Origin: Deltaproteobacteria bacterium
Lineage (GTDB): Bacteria; Myxococcota_A; UBA9160; SMWR01
Assembly: GCA_032128115.1 (NCBI GenBank)
Contig: JAQBHB010000041.1
Coordinates: forward strand, 27,753-91,752
Length of the DNA stretch: 64,000 nt
Direction: 5' to 3'
How positions within the stretch are numbered: position 1 is the first letter of the stretch; each line of letters opens with the position of its first letter. The notes under the pieces are model-generated. The model had not been told where the DNA came from. It searched no databases and worked only from the letters and a program-made list of their open reading frames with translations. The translations under genes were made by a program, and so were the position numbers. Below are positions 36,208-46,518 of this stretch, piece by piece.

Positions 36208-37298
36208 ACGCTCGCCGGGAGATCGAACGGGAGCTGCTGGCCTGGACCCGGGAACCTGGATGGCATGCGGATGAGGATCGCTTCCAGCGGCTGGCCCTCG
36301 CGCTCTTCGCGCACCAATTCGAGCACTGCGAGCCGTACCGGCGCTTCTGCCAGGGGCGCGGCTACACGCCAGATCGGCTGGATTCGTGGCGTGAGATCCC
36401 GGCGGTGCCCACCGGCGCCTTCAAGCAGATGGAGCTGGTCTCGTTTCCCCGCGAGCGCACCCGCCACACGTTTCGTACCAGCGGAACGTCCACGTCCCAG
36501 CGTGGCGCGCTCCACCTGGACACCCTCTTGCCGTACGAGGCCTCGCTTCTGGCGTCGTTTCGCCGCTTCGTGCTGCCCGATCTGGTGAAGGGAGATCGTG
36601 CCCGATTGCTCGTGCTCGCGCCCTCGGCAAGCGAGCTGCCCGACTCATCGCTGTCCCACATGTTCGCTGTGGTGATCCGGGAGCTGGGTACACCCGAGAG
36701 CAGCTTCTATCTCGAACGCGAACGCCTGGATGCGGACCGGCTGCTCGCGGATCTCGAGGCGGCCGCGGCGGGTGCCGCGCCCGTGGCCGTGTGCGGCACT
36801 GCCTTCGCGTTCGTCCACTTGATGGACGAGATGTCCCGGCGCGGCGTGTCGTTTGCGCTCCCGGAATCGGCCCGCGCCATGGAGACGGGTGGCTTCAAGG
36901 GACGCTCGCGACGGGTGACGAACAGCGAGCTCTACGACCAGATCGAGGCGCGCCTGGGCATCCCGGCAGCGCGGGTGGTGAACCAGTACGGGATGACCGA
37001 GCTGGGCAGCCAGTTCTACGACTCGGTGCTGCGGCATCCGGACGAGCCGCGGAGAAAGCTCGCGCCGCCGTGGACCCGCGTCCGCATCGTCGACCCGGAG
37101 ACGGGGAAGACAACGAGCGGCGACGGATCGATCCGGCTGTTCGATCTGGCCAACACGGGAAGCGTTCTCGCCCTGCACACCGCGGACCTGGGGCGAGTCG
37201 CGTCGGACGGCTTCCACGTGATCGGCCGCGAACCGGGCGCAGAGGCGCGGGGGTGCTCCATCGCCGTGGACGAGTTCCTGGCCGGAAGCCCGGCGTGA
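36204..37298 (+). CDS. LuxE-family acyl-protein synthetase (acyl-adenylate-forming)
   Basis: The start overlaps the upstream stop (ATGA). LuxE-like sequence includes FQRLALALFAHQFEHCEPYRRFC, IPAVPTGAFK, FRTSGTS, ETGGFKGR and NQYGMTE. Confidence 0.75.
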   Translation: MNARREIERELLAWTREPGWHADEDRFQRLALALFAHQFEHCEPYRRFCQGRGYTPDRLDSWREIPAVPTGAFKQMELVSFPRERTRHTFRTSGTSTSQRGALHLDTLLPYEASLLASFRRFVLPDLVKGDRARLLVLAPSASELPDSSLSHMFAVVIRELGTPESSFYLERERLDADRLLADLEAAAAGAAPVAVCGTAFAFVHLMDEMSRRGVSFALPESARAMETGGFKGRSRRVTNSELYDQIEARLGIPAARVVNQYGMTELGSQFYDSVLRHPDEPRRKLAPPWTRVRIVDPETGKTTSGDGSIRLFDLANTGSVLALHTADLGRVASDGFHVIGREPGAEARGCSIAVDEFLAGSPA

Positions 37299-38578
37299 GC
37301 GCCGACACCCTTCGCGGCCGACTGGCAGCGCTTCGCGAGGCCGGCGCCGTGCTGCGGCGGCGGCCGGCCGTCGAGACGATCGCGGTGCTGGCCCGGGTGA
37401 TCGACAGCTGGTCCAATCCCGATTCCCCGTGGCGTCGCGCCCTGAACGCCCAGTTCCCAGTCGCCACGGGCTTCTCCGAGGCGGCGGTGCGCGAGGGGGC
37501 GCAGGTGGGATTCGGGGCGTGGAGCGGGGCCGCGTTGCACCAACTGGTGAAGCGCGAGCTGGGCGGCGCCGAGCGTCTCGACTCGGCCGCTTCGCGCATG
37601 GCGGTGCCCCCGGAGACGACAGCCGTGGTGCTTGCGGGGCAGGTGCCCATGCCCACGTTGCTCTCGATCCTGTTGCCCCTGGCGCTGCGTTCACCGGTGC
37701 TGGCCAGGCAGGGATCGCGCGACCCGGTAACCGCGGCATTGGTGGCACGTTCGGTTTCGGAAACCGATCCGGAGATCGGCGCCTGCCTGGACGTGGTCTC
37801 GTTCCCGAGCTCCGACACGGCCCAGCTGGACGCGCTGCTGGAAGCCGACTGCGTGGTGGCCACCGGCTCCGACGAGACCACGGCGACCCTTGCCGCGCGC
37901 GTGCGTCCTCCCCGCCGCGTTCTACGCCACGGGCATCGCCTCTCGGTAGCCGCACTCGGGCCCGAGGCCACGGGCGGCGGCGAGCTCGAGCGCGCCGCCG
38001 CGGGACTGGCGCTCGACATCTCGTTGTGGGACCAACTCGGCTGCCTGTCGCCGATCGCCGTGTACGTGGCCGACCCTGACGACGAGGCCGTCGATCGCGT
38101 GGCCCGGGCGCTCGCCGAAGCACTGGCGTCGAGCGAGGCACGGCTCCCACGAGGGTGCATCGATCCGGTGGCCTCGGCCGCCATCGCCCACGAGCGCGCC
38201 GAGGCGGAGATGCGCGCCGCCGCGGGCCGAGACGTGACGGTCCACGCCAGCACGGGCAGCGCGTGGACGGTGGTGCGGGAGGATGTCTCCACGCCGCTTC
38301 CGGCCCCGCTCCACCGCTTCGTCCGCGTCCAACCCGTGGCGGACGAGCACGCGCTTCTCGAAGCGCTGCGCCCGCTGGGCTCGCACCTGGCGGGCGTCGC
38401 CATACAGGGCTTCGGCACCGGAACGCCCGGCCTGATTCGCGCGTTGGCCGAGGCTGGCGCCTCGCGGGTCTGCGCCCCCGGCAAGCTGCAGGCCCCACCC
38501 CTGTCGTGGCGGCGCGAGGGTCGCGGCGTACTGACACCCCTGGTGCGCTTCGCCGATCTGGAGACGCCCCTGCGTTAA
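37295..38578 (+). CDS. LuxC-family acyl-CoA (acyl-protein) reductase
   Basis: The start overlaps the upstream stop (GTGA). LuxC-like sequence includes VVLAGQVPMPTLLSILLPLALRSPVLARQGSRDP, DCVVATGSDETTATL and WDQLGCLSP. Confidence 0.7.
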   Translation: MSADTLRGRLAALREAGAVLRRRPAVETIAVLARVIDSWSNPDSPWRRALNAQFPVATGFSEAAVREGAQVGFGAWSGAALHQLVKRELGGAERLDSAASRMAVPPETTAVVLAGQVPMPTLLSILLPLALRSPVLARQGSRDPVTAALVARSVSETDPEIGACLDVVSFPSSDTAQLDALLEADCVVATGSDETTATLAARVRPPRRVLRHGHRLSVAALGPEATGGGELERAAAGLALDISLWDQLGCLSPIAVYVADPDDEAVDRVARALAEALASSEARLPRGCIDPVASAAIAHERAEAEMRAAAGRDVTVHASTGSAWTVVREDVSTPLPAPLHRFVRVQPVADEHALLEALRPLGSHLAGVAIQGFGTGTPGLIRALAEAGASRVCAPGKLQAPPLSWRREGRGVLTPLVRFADLETPLR

Positions 38579-38636
38579 ACCCCGCGAATTCACCGGACCT
38601 CCCACCGGCGGCGGCGCCCGGGTACAATGGAACGGG

Positions 38637-40196
38637 ATGGGGGGCGCACCTGCGCAAGAAAGCGGAGCGGCCTTGAAGATCCATCTGATCACTCCCCGGA
38701 ATCCCGCCAGCTTCTGGACCTACGACGAGATCCTGCCCACGCTCGAGAAGGACTGCATCTTCCCCAATCTGTCGATGCCCACGGTTGCCGGGCTCACCTC
38801 GCGCGAACACACAGTGACTCTGTGCGACGAGAACGTGGAGGACATCGACTTCGACGTGGACGCGGACATCGTCGGGGTCACCGGATACATCATCCACAAG
38901 CCGCGCATGCTGGAGATCCTCGCCGAGTGCCGAAGGCGCGGGCGCTTCGTGGTGGTGGGCGGACCCTATGCGTCCCTCTGCCCGGAGGAGCTGCGCGAGC
39001 ACTGCGATGTGTTGTTCCTCGACGAGGCCGAGGAAACCTGGAGCCGCTTTCTCGAGGACTTCCAGACCGGCGCCTGGAAGACCGAATATCGCCCGACCGA
39101 GAAGCCGGACATGACAACGTCCCCCATGCCGCGATTCGACCTGCTGAAGGTCGACCGCTATCACGCTCTCACCATCCAGTTCGCCCGGGGCTGCCCGTTC
39201 AACTGCGAGTTCTGCGACATCATCGTGATCTACGGGCGCCGACCGCGCGCCAAGAGCGTCGAGCAGTTGATGGCGGAGATCCGCGAGTGCCACCGCCTGG
39301 GAGCCACGCAGGTGTTCGTGGTGGACGACAACTTCATCGGCGACAAGAAGCTTGCCAAGGAGGTGTTGCGGGAGATCGCGCGCTGGGGGCGCGAGAACGG
39401 CTATCCGATCGATTTCAACAGCGAGGTGTCCCTGAACGTGGCCCAGGACGAGGAACTCCTCGGTCTGATGCGCGACGCCAACTTCACCACCCTGTTCATC
39501 GGGATCGAGAGCCCCAGGGCCGAGTCGCTCCTGGAGACCCGGAAGACCCAGAACATGCGGGGTGACCTGGTGGAAAGCATCCGCACGATCCACGAATACG
39601 GCATCCAGGTGCAGGCCGGGATGATCGTGGGCTTCGACCACGACGATGCCTCCATCTTCGAGGAGCAGCTGCGCTTCATCCAGGAAGCGCGAATTCCCGT
39701 CTCCATGACCGGTATGCTGCAGGCCCTCCCCAAGACACCCCTCTACGAGCGAGTGGAGAAGGAAGGGCGCCTGCTGAGCGCGAGCCAGGGCGACCAGTTC
39801 GCGCTCTCGAACATCCGCCCCGAGCGCATGAGCCGGCGGGAACTCTACCTGGGATACCGATGGCTCGTGGAGCAGCTATACGATTTCCGAAACTACGAGG
39901 ACCGTACCCTGGCGTTCCTGATGAACCGGGGATCCCAGATCAACCGGGGCCTCAACATCCGGCGCCGCGACCCGATCCGATTGCTCAAGATCCTGTGGCA
40001 GACCCTCGTACTCGGCGGGCGGAAGCGCGCATGGTTCACACTCTCGTTGCTTGGCACCATCCTGGTGCGCCGACCCTCCGTCTTCAAGGAGGCGGTCTCG
40101 TTCGCCATCAGCCACCGCGCGTTCTACGACTACATGGCGAAGCTGACCGTGCAGCTCGACCGGGCAGTCCAAGAGATCGACGCCGAGTCGAGATGA
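38637..40196 (+). CDS. B12-binding-domain radical SAM protein with a DUF4070-like C-terminal region
   Basis: An N-terminal Rossmann-like B12-binding segment (IVGVTGYIIHKPRMLEILAECRRRGRFVVVGGPYAS) precedes the radical SAM CxxxCxxC motif (GCPFNCEFCD) and a helical C-terminal extension. Confidence 0.85.
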   Translation: MGGAPAQESGAALKIHLITPRNPASFWTYDEILPTLEKDCIFPNLSMPTVAGLTSREHTVTLCDENVEDIDFDVDADIVGVTGYIIHKPRMLEILAECRRRGRFVVVGGPYASLCPEELREHCDVLFLDEAEETWSRFLEDFQTGAWKTEYRPTEKPDMTTSPMPRFDLLKVDRYHALTIQFARGCPFNCEFCDIIVIYGRRPRAKSVEQLMAEIRECHRLGATQVFVVDDNFIGDKKLAKEVLREIARWGRENGYPIDFNSEVSLNVAQDEELLGLMRDANFTTLFIGIESPRAESLLETRKTQNMRGDLVESIRTIHEYGIQVQAGMIVGFDHDDASIFEEQLRFIQEARIPVSMTGMLQALPKTPLYERVEKEGRLLSASQGDQFALSNIRPERMSRRELYLGYRWLVEQLYDFRNYEDRTLAFLMNRGSQINRGLNIRRRDPIRLLKILWQTLVLGGRKRAWFTLSLLGTILVRRPSVFKEAVSFAISHRAFYDYMAKLTVQLDRAVQEIDAESR

Positions 40197-40212
40197 GCGA
40201 GAGCTGGGGAGC

Positions 40213-40299
40213 GGGGACGGGGTTGACTATTGACTTTTTCAGGGCGACGAGAGTGACACCGACGCGGTGGCGAAAAAGTCAATAGTCAACCCCGTCCCC
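40213..40299. repeat. Perfect 28-bp-arm inverted repeat (87-nt hairpin) between convergent genes; candidate bidirectional terminator or REP/MITE-like element
   Basis: Left arm GGGGACGGGGTTGACTATTGACTTTTTC (40213-40240), then a 31-nt loop, then its exact reverse complement (40272-40299). The arms are AT-rich relative to the surroundings, and each contains TTGACT twice. Confidence 0.85.
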
Positions 40300-40302
40300 G
40301 TC

Positions 40303-41541
40303 CTAGACACGAAGTTCGACGCGGGTGGTTCCCAACGCGAAGCGCCGGAAGCCGATGCCGAACGGAATCCGGAACAGCCCCGTCCGGGCCAGGAACGGGA
40401 GTACGCGACGCACCAGGAATCGACTTGCCGGCGTTTTCTGGAACAGGAAGCGCGGCGGCGCCGCGCCTTGAAGGCGCTGGATGGTCTTCACCTCGGGCAG
40501 GCGCTCGTCGCGAACGGCGCGAGCGGCGGCGTCCAGGGCTTCGGGCCCGGCGCCGTTGGCCAGCGGTCCGCAAAGGTGGTTGGCCGCCACCAGAGCATCT
40601 CGCAGGGCGATGTTGATGCCCTGGGCGCCAACGGGTGACATGGGGTGACACGCGTCGCCGAGCAGGAGCAGGCCCGGCTCGCTCCACTCGTCCAGGTGAT
40701 CGCACACCACGTCCAGCAGGAAGGGGTGGTGGATCCGGGCGCGGTTCGCACGCAGATGCGCGCCCAGATCCGGGGAGACGAGATCTGCCAGCTGGTCGAG
40801 CCATCCCTCGACGCCCTGGCGGCGCAGCTCGCCGAAGCTCCCCTTCTCGATGATCCAGGCAATCTGGAGCTCGCCGTCGGGAGCCTGGAACATCAGGCAG
40901 AAGTGACCAGAGCCCAGATAGACGCGTCCCTGCTGCATCCCATCGAGAGCTTCGGGAATCGGAACCTTGAACCACACCACGTCGAACGGTTCCACCCGCT
41001 CCATCCGATCCAGGCTCGAATGCTTGCGAACTGCGGAGGCCCGCCCGTCGGTGGCGATCACGAAGTCGGCGCGCACCTCCGCCGGGCTGCCGCCGGAATC
41101 GCCGCGCACCCCACAGGCGCGTCCGTTCTCCCGCAACACGTCGCGCACCGTGAAGCCCCGCTCCAGGCGGAACGACGGAAACTTCCCGGACTCGGCGACC
41201 AGCATCTCCAACAGTGCCGGCTGGGAGACGAAGACCGGGCCCTGGGGCGAACCGTCGTCGGGTCGGAAGTCGAAACGAGCCACGCATTCGCGATCCTGGT
41301 AGATCTGGAAGCGCAACACGTGGGATTGGGGCAGTGCGTCCAGTGCCGCGCCCAACCCCATCTGCCGGATGGCGTCCACACCACTGGGCATCAGTCCCTC
41401 GCCGCGGAACTCGCGCGCGAAGTCGGTGTGGCGCTCCAGCAGGACGATCTCGACGCCGCGCCGGGCCAGCAGGTAGGCGAGGGCGGCGCCGGCCGGGCCG
41501 GCGCCCACGATTGCCGCGCGCACCGGACCGGCGGACCCCAC
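40303..41541 (-). CDS. FAD-dependent aromatic-ring monooxygenase (UbiH/PHBH-like)
   Basis: Motifs AAIVGAGPAGAALAYLLARRGVEIVLLERH, DGRASAVR and LLGDACHPMSPVGAQGINIALRDA. The start is GTG at 41541, 5 nt after the GST stop, or alternatively 41523. Confidence 0.85.
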   Translation of the reverse strand: MGSAGPVRAAIVGAGPAGAALAYLLARRGVEIVLLERHTDFAREFRGEGLMPSGVDAIRQMGLGAALDALPQSHVLRFQIYQDRECVARFDFRPDDGSPQGPVFVSQPALLEMLVAESGKFPSFRLERGFTVRDVLRENGRACGVRGDSGGSPAEVRADFVIATDGRASAVRKHSSLDRMERVEPFDVVWFKVPIPEALDGMQQGRVYLGSGHFCLMFQAPDGELQIAWIIEKGSFGELRRQGVEGWLDQLADLVSPDLGAHLRANRARIHHPFLLDVVCDHLDEWSEPGLLLLGDACHPMSPVGAQGINIALRDALVAANHLCGPLANGAGPEALDAAARAVRDERLPEVKTIQRLQGAAPPRFLFQKTPASRFLVRRVLPFLARTGLFRIPFGIGFRRFALGTTRVELRV

Positions 41542-41546
41542 GAGGC

Positions 41547-42164
41547 TCAGGCGGTCGCCGCGGCGCTGGGCCGCGCCGCCACCCGGTCGAACCAGGCCGC
41601 CACGTTCGCCAGATCCCGGTCCAGGGGCTGTCCCACGCTGGCGCCGAAGTCCAGGAAGCTGAAGAGCACGATGTCCGCCAGGGTGAATCGCTTGCCGCAC
41701 ACGAACTCGCGGCCTTCCAGCTGCGTGTTCAGCCACGCGAGGCCGTCGTGGGCCAGCGCCTTCAGATCGTCGGCCGCCTGGGGAATCGTGCGCATGCGTT
41801 CCTTGAACATGGGCAGGCCCTCACCGTAACGGAAACCGTTGGCCAGGGGCTCCGTCACTTTCAGCTCGACCCGGCGGTCCCACATGCGGGTCTCGGCGCG
41901 CTCCTCGGGAGTGGTGCCAATCAGCGCGGGCGTCGGGTTCAGTTCTTCCAGGTACTCGCAGATGGCGACGGTCTCGCACAGGATGGATCCGTCGTCGAGC
42001 TGGAGACTCGGCATCTGCCCGGCGGGATTGATGTCGGTGTAGGGCGCCTTCCGGTTGTTGCCGGCGATGATGTCTACCTTTTCGGACGGCAGCTCGATGC
42101 CCTTCTCGGCCATGAACATCTTGACGAGTCGCGGATTCGGTCCCAGGGAATCGTAGAACTTCAC
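41547..42164 (-). CDS. Glutathione S-transferase
   Basis: 205 aa. The N-terminal thioredoxin-like GST fold is MPSLQLDDGSILCETVAICEYLEE. GTG start preceded by GAGGAGAG. Confidence 0.8.
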   Translation of the reverse strand: MKFYDSLGPNPRLVKMFMAEKGIELPSEKVDIIAGNNRKAPYTDINPAGQMPSLQLDDGSILCETVAICEYLEELNPTPALIGTTPEERAETRMWDRRVELKVTEPLANGFRYGEGLPMFKERMRTIPQAADDLKALAHDGLAWLNTQLEGREFVCGKRFTLADIVLFSFLDFGASVGQPLDRDLANVAAWFDRVAARPSAAATA

Positions 42165-42335
42165 GGGTCTCTCCTCGGATTGGGGGGCGCGAACTGCCCA
42201 TCATGCCCACTGGGACGCGCGCATTCAATGAGCCCTGGGCTCGCGCGGCCCCCGCCGGGAATCGGAGCCGGCCGGCCTGGAGTCGATTATGTAACTTATT
42301 GAAAATAATAATGTTTATCGAATTGACTGGAATTC

Positions 42336-42380
42336 GGACTCAAAAGGTCCGATATTTACAGGACCAAATCAGTCCGATAT
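42336..42380 (+). promoter_or_regulatory. Two GGAC-N7-GTCC-GATAT dyads, candidate Rrf2 operator sites, in an AT-rich island upstream of the suf operon
   Basis: GGACTCAAAAGGTCCGATAT (42336-55) and GGACCAAATCAGTCCGATAT (42361-80) lie 25 bp apart. They sit within the unusually AT-rich stretch ~42285-42385, 75 nt before the regulator's ATG. Confidence 0.55.
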
Positions 42381-42454
42381 GATTTGCACCCTCGTTGCCG
42401 CTGCATCGAGGGCCGACTGGGAAAGACTGGAAGACTCGAAGACCGGGAGATTGC

Positions 42455-42928
42455 ATGATCAAGCTGAGCCGCACGACCGACTACGGAATCGTGCTCATGG
42501 CCCACCTGGCGGAGCGCGAGGCCGGGTCGGTGCACAACGCCAGGGAGGTGGCCGAGCGAACGCTGCTCCCGGCCCCCATGGTGAGCAAGCTCCTGAAGTC
42601 CCTGGCGCGGGGAGGGCTTCTGGTTTCGAACCGGGGCTCCAAGGGCGGCTACAGCCTGGCCCGCACGCCCTGCGAGATCACCGTGCCCGAGATGATTGCG
42701 GCGCTGGAGGGGCCCATCGGCCTCACCGAGTGCACGATCCACCCGGGCGCCTGCCGCCAGGAGGCTTCATGCCACGTGCGCGAGCCGTGGCAGCGCATCA
42801 ACCAGGTGGTGCGGGATGCACTGAGTCGCATCACCCTGGCCGACCTCTCGTCGCCGGATTTCGGCGCGATCCTCCCACTGACCTCCGTGAGCGCCAACGC
42901 GGCGAACCCGGCCAACGTGGGCGAGTGA
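42455..42928 (+). CDS. Rrf2 family transcriptional regulator (IscR/SufR-like, Fe-S ligand cysteines present)
   Basis: ATG at 42455 follows GGGAGA. Family-like sequence includes [19 protein letters not shown] and [10 protein letters not shown]. The Cys cluster is [16 protein letters not shown]. Confidence 0.85.
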   Translation: MIKLSRTTDYGIVLMAHLAEREAGSVHNAREVAERTLLPAPMVSKLLKSLARGGLLVSNRGSKGGYSLARTPCEITVPEMIAALEGPIGLTECTIHPGACRQEASCHVREPWQRINQVVRDALSRITLADLSSPDFGAILPLTSVSANAANPANVGE

Positions 42929-42935
42929 ACGAACC

Positions 42936-44395
<1,460 letters not shown>

Positions 44396-44396
<1 letters not shown>

Positions 44397-45181
44397 TGGC
44401 CGACGAGAATCCGATGCTCGAGATTTCCGGCCTGCACGCCAGCGCCGGCGGCGTGGAGATCCTGAAGGGGATCGACCTGGTGGTTCGCCCGGGCGAGGTG
44501 CACGCGGTGATGGGCCCCAACGGTTCGGGCAAGAGCACCCTGGCCAATGTGTTGGCGGGCCGCGAAGACGTCCAGGTGACCAGCGGTCGTCTGCTCTACC
44601 AGGGCAAACCCCTGCAGGATCTGGCGCCCGAGGACCGCGCCCGGGAGGGATTGTTCCTGGCCTTCCAGTATCCGGTGGAGATCCCCGGTGTCACCAATTC
44701 GTATTTCATGAAGGCATCGCTGAACGCGGTGCGAAAGCACCGCGGCCAAGAACCGCTGGACGCCTTCGACTTCCTCGCCCTCGTGCGCGAGAAGCTCGAG
44801 CTGGTGCAGATGGACGAGAAGTTCCTGAACCGCGCCGTGAACGAGGGCTTCTCCGGGGGCGAGAAGAAGCGAAACGAGATACTCCAGATGGCTGTGCTGG
44901 AGCCGCGCTTTGCCGTCCTGGACGAGACCGACTCGGGGCTCGACATCGACGCCCTGCGCGTCGTGGCCAACGGCGTGAACGCCCTGCGCAGCCCCGAGCG
45001 CGCCATGATCGTGATCACCCACTATCAGCGTCTGTTGGATTACATCGTGCCCGATCAGGTGCACGTGCTGGCCGACGGCCGGATTGCACGCTCGGGAGGC
45101 AAAGAACTGGCCGGCGAACTCGAGAAGCTGGGCTATGGCTGGCTCGAGACGGCGCCAACGGACGGCGCGGCGGCGGGCTGA
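44396..45181 (+). CDS. sufC: Fe-S cluster assembly ATPase SufC
   Basis: The GTG overlaps the sufB TAG by 1 nt. Motifs are Walker A GPNGSGKST, ABC signature FSGGEKKR, and LDETDSGLDIDAL. Confidence 0.95.
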
Positions 45182-45183
45182 GC

Positions 45184-46518
45184 GTGCGGGATCCGGCTTG
45201 CGATCACTACGTCGATCTCCACGAGACCTTTTCGAAGCGGGTGTCGGGCGAGGCGGCCTGGCTTGCGAATCGGCGCCGGGACGCCGTGGGCTCATTCAAA
45301 GATCAGGGTTTCCCCACGACGCGCATGGAAGCCTGGCGCCAGACCAACCTGGCGGCGCTGGCCCGGGTTCCCTTCGAGCTGGCATCGGCCAATACGAGAG
45401 CCATCGCCCCGCAGGACGTGGAAGCCCAGGCCGTTCCGCTGTTCGCCTGTAGCCTGTTCGTGTTCGTGGACGGCCGCTTCGACACGGAGCTCTCGGCGCG
45501 AATGGCCCTGCATGGCGCGGTGCACGTGGAGAGCCTGGCCCGTGTCCTCGCCGAGGATCCGGGGGCACTGGAGCCCTACCTGGGCCAGCTCGCCGACGCG
45601 AAGCGGCACTTCTTCACCGCCCTCAATACGGCATTCCTGGACGACGGTGCGGTGCTTCGACTCCCGCCCGGGGCCCGGCTCGACTCGCCCCTGCACGTGG
45701 TGTTCGTCGATTCGGGGCGGGCGCCGGCGACGCTCTCTCACCCGCGCCTGCTGGTGGTCGCGGGCGCCGGAAGCCACGCGACGGTGATCCAGGATCACGT
45801 CTCCCTGGGTCTGACTGGAGGCTTCACCAATGCGGTGACTGAAGTATTCGTCGAAAAGGCGGCATCCCTCGAGCTGGTGGTGCTTCAGCGCGAGAGTGCT
45901 GCGCAGACACACATTGCGAACCTGGCCGGAAAGCTCGAGCGCGACGCCCGCTTCACCAGCCACGTGGTGAGCCTGGGAGGCGCCCTGGTGCGCAACGACT
46001 TGAACGTGGTGCTGGCCGATGAGGGGGCCGAGGCCACGGCCAACGGCTTGTTCGTAGCGACCGGCGAACAACGGGTGGACAACTACACCACCATCGACCA
46101 TGCCATGCCCCATGGAACCAGCCGCGAGCTCTACAAGGGGGTCCTGGGAGGCAGCGCCCGCGGCGTCTTTCGCGGGCGGGTGATCGTGCGCCCGGATGCC
46201 CAGCACACCCGCGCCGAACAGTCGAACCCCACGCTCCTGATCTCCGACGCGGCCCAGATCAACAGCAAGCCGCAACTGGAGATCCACGCGAACGACGTGA
46301 AGTGCAGCCACGGGGCGGCCATCGGAAGACTGGACAAAGACGCCCTCTTCTACCTGCGAAGCCGCGGCATCGGCGAGGATCGGGCGCGCGAGATGCTGTC
46401 GCGCGGCTTCGCGTCGGAAATGACGCGGGCCATCTCGGTGGTGCCCCTGCGCGACGAGATCGACCTGCTGGTGGCGGACGCACTGGAGGGCAGCGCTCGC
46501 CGGGAGGACGCAGCGTGA
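45184..46518 (+). CDS. sufD: Fe-S cluster assembly protein SufD
   Basis: GTG at 45184, in frame within ORF 44341..46518. The C-terminal region is SufB/D-like (QINSKPQLEIHANDVKCSHGAAIGRLD). Confidence 0.85.
   Translation: MRDPACDHYVDLHETFSKRVSGEAAWLANRRRDAVGSFKDQGFPTTRMEAWRQTNLAALARVPFELASANTRAIAPQDVEAQAVPLFACSLFVFVDGRFDTELSARMALHGAVHVESLARVLAEDPGALEPYLGQLADAKRHFFTALNTAFLDDGAVLRLPPGARLDSPLHVVFVDSGRAPATLSHPRLLVVAGAGSHATVIQDHVSLGLTGGFTNAVTEVFVEKAASLELVVLQRESAAQTHIANLAGKLERDARFTSHVVSLGGALVRNDLNVVLADEGAEATANGLFVATGEQRVDNYTTIDHAMPHGTSRELYKGVLGGSARGVFRGRVIVRPDAQHTRAEQSNPTLLISDAAQINSKPQLEIHANDVKCSHGAAIGRLDKDALFYLRSRGIGEDRAREMLSRGFASEMTRAISVVPLRDEIDLLVADALEGSARREDAA

Noticed and set aside
36645-39641. 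998-aa minus-strand ORF antisense to the LuxC-like and radical SAM genes
   Set aside because: Its translation is an Arg/Pro/Gly/Ala-rich low-complexity string with no recognisable domain. The plus strand at the same place encodes clearly domain-bearing proteins. This is the typical shadow ORF of a high-GC genome.
40213-40299. Calling the 87-nt hairpin a definite MITE
   Set aside because: There are no flanking target-site duplications and no second copy within the window. It is kept as an open finding rather than a mobile-element call.
40267-40638. 123-aa plus-strand ORF starting inside the right arm of the big hairpin
   Set aside because: It is antisense to the well-supported monooxygenase gene and begins within the inverted repeat. 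Its translation has no recognisable features.
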